This document shows, in pieces, positions 40,027 to 54,700 of a DNA stretch of 64,000 nucleotides (within the stretch, counting starts at the first letter, position 1; every line of letters begins with the position of its first letter). The position numbers were made by a program, and so were the translations under genes. Source of the stretch: Bugula neritina (taxonomy: Eukaryota > Animalia > Bryozoa). The stretch is taken from positions 8,070,698-8,134,697 of the forward strand of contig OZ037765.1 in NCBI GenBank assembly GCA_964035545.1, read 5' to 3'. The notes beneath the pieces are model-generated. The model was not told where the DNA came from, ran no database searches, and was given only the letters and a program-made list of their open reading frames with translations.

Positions 40027-40180
40027 GGGAGTAGCACTAGTCTAGTAAAGAGAGGTCCTTGTTTAGTGTGACATACAGCGCTAGTCTAGGGGTGCAAACC
40101 CTACGAGGATGTCAGAATGGTGTCCTTGTGATTTTCTGAAGCCCTTCAGCCATATTGGTAGCACCACTTAGGTGGAAAAC
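40027..40180 (+). mobile_element. Possible decayed tRNA-derived SINE
   Basis: GGGAGTAGCACTAGTCTAGT (A-box-like), GGTGCAAACCC (B-box-like) and TGTCCTTG; no TSD identified. Confidence 0.3.
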
Positions 40181-43100
40181 TTTATTCCTATCATTAATAC
40201 ATTCTTGGTTTTCACAAAGGATAAACAAAGCTTATTACGTAATTTGTGCCCAAAATTCAGTAAATGATTGCTGGAATGATTGCAGCTGCTAAATTAATAG
40301 AACATTTAAGGTGCTCTCATGCTCCATAACTTATAAGTGTACCAGTAACCCTTTTCCATAATTTTCTCAAGTTGCATGAAGCAAACTTCAGCTAGTATAT
40401 GCTAGCAACTAGCTTATAGGCACTTAGATGGAAGCATAGTAATAATGAAATTATAGTTAGTAGCTTAGACTGCTTTGCATTGCCATTTTGAGGCATGCAC
40501 TCTATTTGCCCTTATTGGGTGTATGCAGTAGCGCAGCACCAGCTGCACTGTAATGGCTTGTAGGGTATTATTAGGAGGCATTTCTCGTGCTTTGGTAGCC
40601 TAGGCTAATAATTAATTTAATACAATCATTAGTAAGAGCTGATTTCTGAATAATCAACTCGTGTGGAGCTAGTAGATTTATTCTATTTTAAAACAGTGGT
40701 TCTTTCAAATATTTTAGCATTCCCATCATCTTTACAGTTTCAATTTATAATGATTTTTAAAACCCTGGGAGGCTAGAAATTTAACTTTCCTTCACTAGTC
40801 ATCTGTATAACAGGTAAATTAAATACTAAATTAGGTATATAGTGTTGTAAGGTTATTGGAATACTTTGTAAGGCTGCCCTAGATTGTGTACTTATAATGT
40901 TCACAAGTAATTGTTTTGAATGCAAAGCCATTATACATGCCATTCGCATGACTAGTTTTTATGCCCATATACGGTAATGCTTGGTTTATCAAATTGACAA
41001 CACAGTCACAGCTAAATAAAGCGGCTTGACCTCATATACTGTTGAGCCGGTAGTTGCCAGTTTGTTATCAGCAGGCGTGACCTATTTCTACATGAACAAT
41101 GCTACATTGATGTCGCAATGCCAAGTCACTGAATAACATGTCGGCATGAATAATCTTTAACTACCAACGGAAACTCTCAAGCAAAACCCATTATCATTAT
41201 TTATATTTTGTTGGCGTTATGACTCAGATGTGCCAGGCTGATTCATTATACTCACTGCCACTTGTATAATAAATTTCAACTCGTCCAATAAATAGCAAGT
41301 AATGAAAGATTTAGATACAACAAAAAAGGTTTAACTTATTCAAATTTCGTTACACTTAATTTTTATTTTAAATATTATGTATAGTGAATATTTTATTTTC
41401 TTATTTAAAATTTGGCTCCATGAACTTGTGATAATTTGTCACCTCAACAATTTTTAGAATGTAAATACTTTTCAAGTGTTGGCCCACTTGGAAGTGTACA
41501 TTTCAGTCTTCCCCACTTCTAATCTGTGTTCAACTAGAACTAGTTTCAGTTACGTGTTTTTCTTATCAGGGTTGAGTCAGCTATGCTAACTATTCATCTG
41601 CCCCCATAACATGCATATCTATTGCTATCACCAGACTTGTTGAAAACCGGTTTGCTATAGTAGCTTGTAGTAGATAATACTATCCAATTAGATATAATAT
41701 ACTAGATAGTAGATATACGTTGTATTTCAGTCTTCTATTGTAGAGCTGGAAGTTAGATGTCCAAAGTCAATACCTAAATAAGCAACAGCAGTTGGTACGT
41801 TATTGAAGGTGGTAAAGAGACTAATTAACATAATTAATATAATATGATATTACATATAACATATATTAGCAAACAGTAGGCTTCATAAGTTCACTGCACA
41901 AAACAGTTCTTTTGTAACCAACTCTTTAACAGGTCTTATAAACTTGATTAAGTAAAAGCATTGCTTGCGCTGCTGGGTACATTTCTAAGATAGTGAAAAG
42001 CAATGGTTCAAAAATAATGCACAGAGTTGAATTTTACTGCCAAAGATCCCAATATACATTCCTCAACTCATTCTGTGATTACAACCCTAGCCTGGACTTA
42101 GTTCTGATGCCCGATGAATCTTATGTGATTTACTATTATTAAAAATGTTCTTTTTATTCTTCAGTGGAATTCTCTACACCGACAACCATACTACCTCAGG
42201 AAAGAAGGGATATTGCTGACTAGCAGTATTGCTACGCCAAATACCTACCAATGGGGCATCAGTGATTGTGTTAACCATTTTCGATCTTATGGAAGCAGAG
42301 TGAGCCCGCCTTCTTCTGCCTAATTAAACGAGGCATATATCACCAAAAATGTGCAATAATTATTGAGCATTTCATATAACACAATTTACTCATCCTATTC
42401 ATTATTAACTATATTATTAGATGATAGGTATGTAAAATTATGTACAAGTATAACTCACGTGGAACACATTTATCATGGTACTAAGTATTTATTATGGTAA
42501 TGAGATATCGAATACAATGTACATGTAAATTCTGGAAATACATGGGTAAATGACCAACTAATGACCATTATGCTTTTGTTCACCTTTATAATGTAGCATG
42601 GATACAATACCATAAGCTATGTATTTTACTATACATTTCATTCTTTATGTGTTACCTGTCACATTAATTTTGTTTAGAACAAGCAAATTACATTTTCAAA
42701 ATTGTAAAATCAGCAGTATTTATAAAAAAATTGCTATTTTCACATAATAACTGCTTTGTTAGCATAAACATTTCATCATTTAAATGATAAAGTTACCCAG
42801 TTGTTTATAGAAGCACAACTGGCTGCATTTAGAAAACTTGCAGCTTTCATTATTATACTATCAGTGTGAGACAGCACGAACTTTCCAAGGAGCAACAGCA
42901 AAATTCTAAACAATGAGTGATGACTGGATGAGCAAAAGAATCATGTGGCTCGTTTTAACGGTAAACAAGTTAGAAATGAATTATGGGATCTAATAATTAC
43001 CGCGTATAAAGCATAGAATTTTGAGCTTCAGCTTAAAAATCAGGTTGTTTTCATGAGAAATTAAAACCTACTGTTTTCACTTGCAGCTTAAAATATGTTA

Positions 43101-43512
43101 TTAGCAGCACTGTTAAATTAATTTTTAAGGTCAAGTTGCCCTGCATTTATTAAAACTAAGATATATAATAACTTGTTGCCGGAAACCTTGACAATTATTT
43201 ATTACTAAAACTTTATGGGGAATTGTGATAACATTTGGATTTCAGGCCACTTTGGTTTGAACATTATTAAAGATATATATAATTATTGCTTTTATTCAAC
43301 CGCAGCTTATTCAATTTGATAGGGATTACTTACACTTTAATAAAATACTAGTTACTACCCTGCCATGCAGCCTTCTCCGGTCATCATTTAAATTCGGAGT
43401 CCTTTCAACCAGAACAGCATCAATCAAGCCATCGCGTCAGTAATGTGTAGCTAGGCGTAAACGTCAATCATTTAATGGGCGTGACTAAGCGGGTAAATAA
43501 CCAGGAACCTAA

Positions 43513-43580
43513 CCATATATGGTATGCGTTAATACGAATTCATGCCTTATATGGCAACTGTGACTTGGTCAGGGTATAAA
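43513..43580 (+). promoter_or_regulatory. Actin-2 promoter: two perfect CArG boxes and TATA
   Basis: CCATATATGG 43513-43522, CCTTATATGG 43545-43554, TATAAA 43575-43580, about 100 nt before the ATG. Confidence 0.85.
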
Positions 43581-43663
43581 ACCGGCTTTACAACCGGGTG
43601 ATCACCACTTTTGTGATTTAGTCATTCTACGAGGTTGTGCTAGCTTGAGCTCTAAAAGTCTAA

Positions 43664-45222
<1,559 letters not shown>

Positions 45223-46074
45223 TCATTGCTCAATTTTTATATTGTAAACTATTTTTTTGGTAGTCATGTTTACTGGTCGAAGGTAGTCATAGATACTAAT
45301 GGAATAAAATGACACATCTGAACTTTTTTAAATATTTTTCATTTTGTACAATATTTTTTAGCATTCTTTGTAATAAAAATGTATAAAACAATTCATGCCA
45401 TTATTGTCCGAAAAATTTAATCCAATGGTTTATACTAGTGCTGATTGCAGTGCAGTTAGTATGAACATTAATTTGACAAAAAAATCATAGGGCGTTTCGC
45501 GGCTTGTACTTGTGCAGCAAACTTTTGTGCGTTCATGCATTGGTTCAGTATTGGCATCGAATAGAGCAGCAGTCATTTGGAGACTTCATGATGGTTACTT
45601 TGAGTGTGCTGTTCATCGGATGAGGTGGCTTGTGGTGATAATATTGAACTATAAAGTTATTGTTGTGTGATAATAGCCCTGTGGTACTCTAGCAGCATGT
45701 GAATCCCTCGGCGTGTAGACTTCTTGCTGTATTGGGCGATCATTATGTTTTGCTAATGATATATAACTAAACAATTGAGATATTCTGGGGCTTCCAGTAG
45801 TGAGAAAGATCTGACGTGGATTCTTACAAATTTAAGGATGAACACCCTGGGGTTATCTCCTCATTGAGAAAAAATCGTTGGTAGCCACTACATGGCAAAT
45901 TATGTGCGGTCAAGGTCAACAATTACTTCAGAGTCGTGTGAAACTTCTTAATTAGAATTGGGTGTCATTTTCCATCTTGTACTGTTCGAACCATAATTAT
46001 CAAATGTTAGGTGTGATTATAAACACTAGTAACTAACTTAAATGGATGTAATACGATAAAAACCAAACGATTTC

Positions 46075-46625
46075 ATAGTCACTAGAGTTAGACTTTAACT
46101 ACTTCTAGTAGTACTAATACTAATAGTAATAGTATTACTACTACTAGTACTATTACTATTACTATTAGTATTAGTGTACTATTACTATTACTATTGATAA
46201 TTGAGTATTAGTATTACTATTACATTTACTATTAGTATTACATTTACTATCACTATGCAGTATCAGTATGTGAATGTCTATTGGACATTAGACAGTATTA
46301 CTATACATCAGTAATACTAATAGTAATACTAATAATAATACAGTAATACTAATAGTAAATGTAATACTAATAGTAATACTAATACTAATACTAATAGTTA
46401 TTTAATTATTACTATAAGTATCAGTATGGTATTTAGTTTTACTTTTAAAATTACAATTACTATTAGTATTACAAATAGTGTAACTCCACGATTACAGTAT
46501 ATGTAATTGTATTTAAATCTCAGTGTTAGTATAACTATAAGTATAAGAATAAACATTTACCATTTTACACTAATCCTTTCATATTTAGTATTACTATTAG
46601 TAACAGTGATAGTATCACTATGACC
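46075..46625. repeat. 6-nt-periodic A[C/G]T-(AAT/ATT) tract upstream of the BNIP1 ATG
   Basis: ACTAATACTAATAGTAATAGTATTACT...AGTAATACTAATAGTAATACTAAT. Confidence 0.85.
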
Positions 46626-46976
46626 AATACAAAAACAGGTTTTTAGTTCTGTTCTTTGATGAATTTTCCTGTGGTTCTAGGGGTATAGACAAATTACAGT
46701 GGAGCACTTGTAATACTGCATATCAAATTTTTCACTCAATAATTTTTTCAGCTTCAGATAAATATTCCAATTTCAACTCAACTTGGGATATTTTCATCTA
46801 TACTGCAATTTGACTTAGTTGATTGCTTGCTTGAAGGAAATGACTACAACCCATCTTTGTTAGAAGTTTGTTATTGTTGTATTTAATAGAGCATTTCTTT
46901 TTTGGCAGAGCTCAACATATTCACTGGCCACAGTTAGTTGTTGTTAGGAGAAAGAACTTTGGAGTCAACTGGCACA

Positions 46977-48519
46977 ATGAACTTTGAAGAAGAACTAACA
47001 AAGTTGGCGTTGATAGCTAATGCAGCCATACAGGTCTCGCTCAGTTATTATTTACTTTTTCATTTGTCATAGAGCTACAGGCATAATTGATTATTATTTA
47101 TGATAAATTATCATAGTCAATTATTGTAAGTAGTTATAATTATTATTCGTTAGGTGTTCTCAATATTAAAAACTACAAGATTATATTTGTAGGATGTACA
47201 GTCTTTGGCTGATGGTGGAAGTCAGTTGTCTAAAACAGAAGTTTCTTCAAAGATTGCTAAAGCTCGAAGTTGTATTCTTTCTTTTAAAGAAAAGATTGAG
47301 GTAATTAATGATGATTTCTCAACCAATAACAATTATACAGTGCGTACTATGGAAGCTGGAATGTTGGAAACTTTCAACAAGTCCAAAGTTTTTAAAATCA
47401 TGACATTTTTAAGTCTTTTTGGATCCAAGTTGTTTGATAATTGCTGCACGATATTACCATAATATATTTAAATAACTACATGCATTATGTATAATATATT
47501 TTATGTATAATACATGTATAACTTGTCTAGGAAGTGAATGCAAATGCTAAAATAGTAGACAAAGAGACCGACAGAGTAGCCATGGAAGTTTCACTCAAAC
47601 ATTGGAGACAAGAATTGTCCAGGTAAAAATTTCACTTTGCAACATAAGTACCAACTTCTATGCTGTGTTTAGAAATCACTAGTGTTAAAATTATTTGCAA
47701 TTTATTTTGGTATTTTTGTTTTATAAAAATTGGCACTATTTATATGTCTGAAATGTTGGAAATAATCAATCACAAATCCTTAGATGAAATATTGTTAATT
47801 TAAAATAGTCGAACAATTAAAACGAATAAAATGTTTCATCACAGATTAAACTCGATGGTGCGACGAGTGAACCTCGCTGCTTTGTCAATTATTGAAAAAC
47901 AAGAGAAGTCAGCACTAATGGTTGGAGGAGAGTCTACTGTGTCAAGGAGAAAGATTTTGGATAAAGTGAGTGGAAGCTAAGTTTAGGAATTGCATGGAAG
48001 ATACACTCTGTACTATTTTGACATCACACAAGGTATACTGTGAATTGTAGCAAGCTGCAGCTAAAGGAAGCGGCTCAGTAACACAAAGTCTAGTCAGCAC
48101 TAGCAAAATGATGGCTGAACATCTTCAGAGAAGCAACGACACTATTGAAACCCTTGGTAAATTTTTGCTATGTTATTTCATTTATTCTGCAAGTAAGTTT
48201 ATCTCTGTGATAAATTTTAGAGTTAGGTCTAAGCGCTTTGATCAATTATTATATTAATATTGTAGCCAACTCATCCAAGGGCATTACTAGTACCAACGAA
48301 GAACTGAAAAACATGCAAGGTCATATTAAAAATTCCCGAAGTCTATTGACCAAGTATGGAAGGAAGGAGAATACAGATAAAATTTTTATATTTTTAGCAT
48401 TTGTTTTCTTTCTTGCAACTGTATTATATATACTTAAAAAACGATTATGGTCATCATACTCAGCCAGTCCATATAACCCACCACAAGATCATAGTCAGGA
48501 AGGACCAATAACTATATGA
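46977..48519 (+). CDS. BNIP1: Vesicle transport protein SEC20 / BNIP1 (ER Qb-SNARE)
   Basis: Exons 46977-47033, 47193-47300, 47531-47622, ~47845-47965, 48051-48156, 48266-48519. Sec20 domain QRSNDTIETL..SS..ITSTNEELKNMQGHIKNSRSLLTKYGRKENTDKIFIFLAFVFFLATVLYILKKRL. Confidence 0.92.
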
Positions 48520-48712
48520 GTGACTGCAAATATTAATCTATTTATATATACTGAAATCTTAACGTATTTATTAGCAAATTATTTATCTAATACATAAAAG
48601 TGAATATACCCAATACATAATATGGAAAAAAATGTACAAAATACAGTCATTGAGTTCAATTATGACATTTATTTAAGTTTGACTGTCTTATTATCTGAAA
48701 TGGAAACATTTC

Positions 48713-51700
48713 CTAAGGTTGTGGGTTACCAGAAATTGGGTCAGTAGAAGCATCTGCACTGGCGCTGCTGCTAGGAGTAGACGGAGCTGAACTGATTTGC
48801 TTAGCAATTATCTGTGAGATTTCATTTGGTGAGTGATTTCGACAGAAAAGCATTCCCTGTATTTGCTGTATGCTTCTGGAGTGATGACTGTTGCAGAAGG
48901 AATTTGGACACTGACTGCATAGCATTGATGATGGCTTACCACATTCATCACAGTGATGCCAGGGACAATCCCATTTACCTGCAAGTTTCAAGCAATATGA
49001 ACAAATGAAAAATTAAAACATCTTAACTAGTTTAGATGATGCCAGTCATAAAAAATCCTAATAAACCAGCAAGTTTCAAAGGGAAACAGTTGGCTGTGAT
49101 CGAACAAGTATATTTGGCAGATTTTGATGGTGAATAAGTAGATGTCTATAGCCTAGAGAGTATAGATGTAAGAACTATGTTGACAAGATAAGTAGTAAAC
49201 TGCAGTGTTTAATCTTAAATTTTATCAATAGTCAAAGTTCTACCAATATAGTTATTTTGCTGCAAGAAATAGGAATGTAGAACAAGAATTCAAAAACTAA
49301 AAACTAATCCAAAACAAGTTTATTTACTTGCCATCACTCACTACATTTCTATTTGATGAAAAACAATTTTCAGCACATTCAAGAATATAAAATGGCAACA
49401 GCTAGCTGAATAACCTTCCTTAGTCACAGAATGCAGTAGCAGCTACCATGTTTTTGTACACACCTGCATGCTAAACAGAATGAAAATTGGCAAAAAATAT
49501 TTTATGTCAACATACCATGAGGAACTTTGTCAAGACCTAAACAGACGAGGTGATACGCTCGAGGACATTTCAGTCTGTTGCACATCACTAATTCCCCACC
49601 ATCTTGACATCGAAAACACCAATCATCATGTTTCAATTTTGGCTGGCGCTTTTTGGGTTTCTTAGCTTTAGGAGGTTTTTCATTACTAGAAGGCTGGAAA
49701 AATTGTGAAATTAATAGAAGCAACATGTTGGAAGTACAGAGAACAATGTTGAATTTTTTAATTAGACAATCAATGTTCTTGTAGCTGCAGCATGCTACAT
49801 TCAATGCTGCTCCATATATTTCAATAAATTATTGACACATGTCGAAGTTATTAAATAACTTTTAATTCTAAAACTTTTCTAAATGTACTAGAAATGTTTA
49901 ATACAAAATAAAACTGTAAGCTAAAATTTCAGGGCGCACGAAGGCACTAAAGTCTCATTAATGCGTTATGCACGTACAAAGATTAACAAAAACTTTTAGA
50001 AATGTTGACTTATTGTAAAGTCAACTTGTACAGTGCACCAAAACATTATGAATTGTCTTGAGATAAAATAATAATTCAAGACAGACGTAATAGGAGTTAC
50101 CTTCACAGCCCGTTCTCCAATAAAGCCACTGCAAGTGGGTGCTTTACATAAACATTTCAGCTTTTTCTCTCCCACACTCACAAGATTGTAGTTGAAAGTC
50201 AACTCATCACCTGCAACAAGTAAATATATGATGCACCAACAAAATCTAAGCTACAAAAAAATGCAGTTATTTGCTATACAAATCATGTAATTCATAATTT
50301 TTTACCTGCTAAAATATCACGAGTTGCAAATAGCCCTACTCTCCACGTTCCATTGACAAACCATTTCTGAGTGGCCATGTTAGGTTCACAGCTGTGATTA
50401 GCGAATCTTGCCAAATTACCCTTAGGCCCGGCATCTATTACCCTGTGCATGAAACCACATTGAATAAATAACTTGTATATTGGCCATGTATTTTATGAAT
50501 TGCAGACTCTAATTACATTTCATTAAGGTGAAAAATTTATTCTTTAGCAGCTGCAACAGACAAATGAGGGGAAAACACATTTATTTCTTGTTTTGGTAGC
50601 AAAGCAAAACATACCTATTGCTGTCTAATGTCAACATGTAGAATGTGCTAGAATTTTCTTGGTGATATTTTTCTATGCGTCTTTTGCATTCTTCTAACGT
50701 AATCAGCTCTCCAACATATTCATTGACAAATTGTCCCTACAAAGAATGCAGAGTATGATAAAAGAGCAAAACATAATACCTAGTAGCCTTGGAAAATGTT
50801 TTCACTAGTGAGTGTATTAGCAGAAATAGCTGCTGCCAATGACCTACTCTTATATTGGAAAAATTCAATGCAGATATAGCAGCTTTGCTTTGACTGTGTC
50901 TTGTTGGAGTATTCAATTTATTCAATAGCAAACTATTTGTTTCAGGTGAAATGCAGAATATTTATAAATTTACATAGAAATAATGACATTATAGACTGGT
51001 CCATGCACTCTGATATACCTGAAAAATGTTAACTTTAGCCTTCAGACCCCAACCCCGCTCATCCCCGGTCCGGAACGGCTCCTGTTTGGGATAACGTCGG
51101 CGCTGAAACCTCTGGTTATCACACATATCACCATTAGGGCAAGTTCGAGGATGACATTCATAATATAACATCCTGTTGAGACAACTCTAAAACCAGACAG
51201 ATGTGTAAAACATTACTTGAGCAAGAAACTCAAATATTTATAAGGTATGAGCAAAAAATGCTACTTTTAATTATAGCTATGGCCCATCTTTTAGTTTGAA
51301 TGTTGGGTTTGACACACAACAGATTTAAAGATCTACAGCGGTATAAAATTATCATGGCAGAGTTCAGATTTCACAACACAAAGTTTTCACATCTGATTTG
51401 AACAGCCTGCATAGTAAACTACAGTGACTGGAGTTAAGAAAGAAGACTGAAAATGTTGGTGTTCTAATAAGGAAGTTGTTCTAAATAAGGAATATCCCAA
51501 AGGAATGATAGTAATACTGATAAAGAAGATGAGATGGTCAAAGAACAAAACAAGGTTATGACAAAGGGTCACATTTGACAATGAATAATAAAAGCCATAG
51601 CAGAGTATAATAAAAACGACAAACATACGGAGTCGTCAGAACATGGTCTCTCAGGTTTGCAGTCGCATATCTGAATCTCTTCTACATCAACTTTGCCCAG

Positions 51701-54700
51701 CTTTGCTGGGGGTATAGGCAGGTTACTCTGAAATATAATCACAAGGCAACGTTTAAATCTCATACATGTAGAAAAAATGGCGTATTCAGATTATATTCTA
51801 CAAAACAATTCCACACAATTTGTATGAATACTGAGCTGTTATCACCTTTATGTATTTGTATCTTTTTGGTCTGCTGTCGCATATCTTAGCAATCTGCTGG
51901 TCGGTGTTTTCACGAATCAGTGTAAGTTGAGTGTAACCTTCGGATGCTTGTTCAATGGCTAAAATAGAATGCAAAGAGAGGAGATATACAGGGGCACAGA
52001 GTGTAGGAGTTGAGTTATACAAGGGCATTAGTGAAATTACAAATAAAAGAGCAAAGAAATTTAAACTATGATCAAATTGATTGCTATTATTGAATATGCA
52101 GATTGAAAATGTACTACATTGACATAGCTGACTCGAAGCTTACATAACATGCAACGCATATTTACAGCTTTAATGTCAAGCATAAATTATGTCTTAAAAG
52201 TTTCTCATATATAAATTAGCTTAATTACAAGTTCACAACAAGTTGAAGCAATACTACAATAACAAATATTGTAGTTGTTACAGTTAATTTCATTTTACTA
52301 TCACTAAGCATAAATAGTGGTCACCAGCAGTTAATAGAAACGCTATATACCTAGCTTGTACATCTTGTTTATATTCTTATGTTTTTGTGATTCTTTACTG
52401 CCTTTATCACCATCTTGAAAAGCAAACACCCGGCCTCTATGCACCCAGTTGTAGTCATTAGAACCAAGAAAATGCACAGCAAACTCTCCTATTTCATGAG
52501 ACTTCTGCTGGATATTTAGAGGCACATGCTCAGGGTGACATATTTCACTGGGCCACCACCTGTCAACATTACACAGTAAATAGTAAATACAGTGCATTTC
52601 AGAGCGTCTATCCCTAATCAGTGAACTATCCATTATTATATCTCAAAATTTTGTTGGTAAATATTGATCAACAATTATTTTAATTGGCCCGTATTTTCAC
52701 TAGAGGTTTTCAGTCACCTAACACTTTTCTGTATAATTAGAAAGTATGAAACTAATGCTAACTAACGCAGTGCATTACATACTGGAACAATATATTCTAC
52801 AAATTAGGAAAACAAAAGAGGAATCAAGATATTACCCTAGCTTACAGGGAGATTTGCTCTCGTGTATTATAAAACCTATTTTCTGGCGCACACATATCTA
52901 TAGTTTAGAAGTTAAATAATGCAGGTTAAGCTTTCCAATAACATAAAAGTACTGTGAAAATACTTGAAAATTGAAAGGCCAATTATTTAGAACCTCTTTT
53001 TCCCTACACCAGCCATTATATCATGAATTGATGGTTGATAAAAATACTATTTTTTATTTTTGAAATCTTAGATCTCATGAATAAACTGGAAAAAGAAACA
53101 AAATCTGAGCGTTTCAAAAAAAGTTGAAAAATAAATTTGCTAAATTTTGCAATTGAAGTTTGTTGAAATCAAAATGAATTTTTATTCCATTATGATACAT
53201 ACAGGTACAATAAATGAATCCATCACCATACCAAATTATCAAGTTATTTTTGCAAAATGTTTTGTGGACAATGCTTTATCAAGTAAACATAGTAAATAAC
53301 TTCTAGAAATATCATACATAAAAACCTATCTTTATCGAAACTGAAGGAAAGCACACAATGCTTTATAAAACCTAAGATATTAAATTGATAAAATTGAATA
53401 GAGGTGTTTTAAAGTTGAGATATGAATATATCTGACTAGTGTAAGCATTACCTGTAACTGCCTAGCTTCACCCACACAATGTCACCATATCGTGGTCTCA
53501 CACCGTATTTACAGTCATTACAGAACCAAACATTATCGGGTGAAGGTTTCTCTTCAGCTTTGAGACATTCCATGTGAAAGGCCGCAGGGCAGGTTTCACA
53601 GCATACCAGAGTACCGCCTTTGTAAAGAGATTTATTAATTATAAATATAATTATTTTTGATTACAACTTCCTTTAAAGTTGTGTTTAAACCTCGGCTGAA
53701 AAGTTCCGAGTTTCAGTTAATTCTACTCGTCCGAGTACCCCTTTATAGTTTTACTGAAGAAGTGGATTTTACAATGCAATGCAAATTGGTGAAATTTCAA
53801 CTCAGCCAAATTGCAGCTCTGACTAAAAATCGTGAAGATATAAACGCAACTTAATAGTTCAGAAAACTAAAGTGGTAGGTATGTGAGAACATTAATTATT
53901 CCATATATTCCTGAGATGTGAAAATGAAGAAAATACTATAACGTTGACTAATAATAAGACAAGATGAAGAATAAAACTAACCTAGACTGCAGTTGAAGCA
54001 CCAGTTGACATTAATATGAGAGTGTTGAGATGCTGTCTTCTTGTCTCTGTGGTAGTGATCTCCACATATAATATTACAACCAGAAACTATCCTACTGCCA
54101 GCAGCTATACAGAAATCTCCTGTGTGGTATGCTGACGGGCAGCGAATGCATTTGTACAGCTTACCTACAATTACTCGAAGCTATAGCCATGACTAACATA
54201 TCTTTTATATCTACCAGAACTTGAAAACAAAATTTTGCAGCAATAAAAGCATCCAATAGAGTAAAACAAATTGAAAAGAAAAAAATGTGCAAAACGGGAG
54301 CAGACAAAATCATGAGATGCTATTTTAAGAGAATGTTGAGCATAGAACGAGTATTCGTACCGACACCAGCTTTCTCATTCCTTGAGTCACCCTTTGCGCA
54401 GGAGGCACAGAGGTGAAGGGGACAGTGCAGTTTCTTATCCTCGTATATGGTTAGAGGGTGAGTATTAGCACAGGCCTGGTGGTAGTATTTCCCACAATCC
54501 CTGTATGAGCACTTCACCAGATTGCTATCATCCAGCTTGCATATAAAACAGGTGTGAAGTCCTGAAAATGAATACAAAAATAAACATTAAACATATGTAC
54601 ATGTGTATATGTGTGAAATAGTTATACTACTGATAGCAGTTGGTATTTCAAACTATTTAGGTAGATTTTAGGTAAACATGGCACAGGTAATAATGGCACA

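Noticed and set aside
46075-46625. Repeat tracts as CRISPR-like arrays
   Set aside because: No constant repeat with unique spacers and no cas genes; eukaryotic low-complexity DNA.
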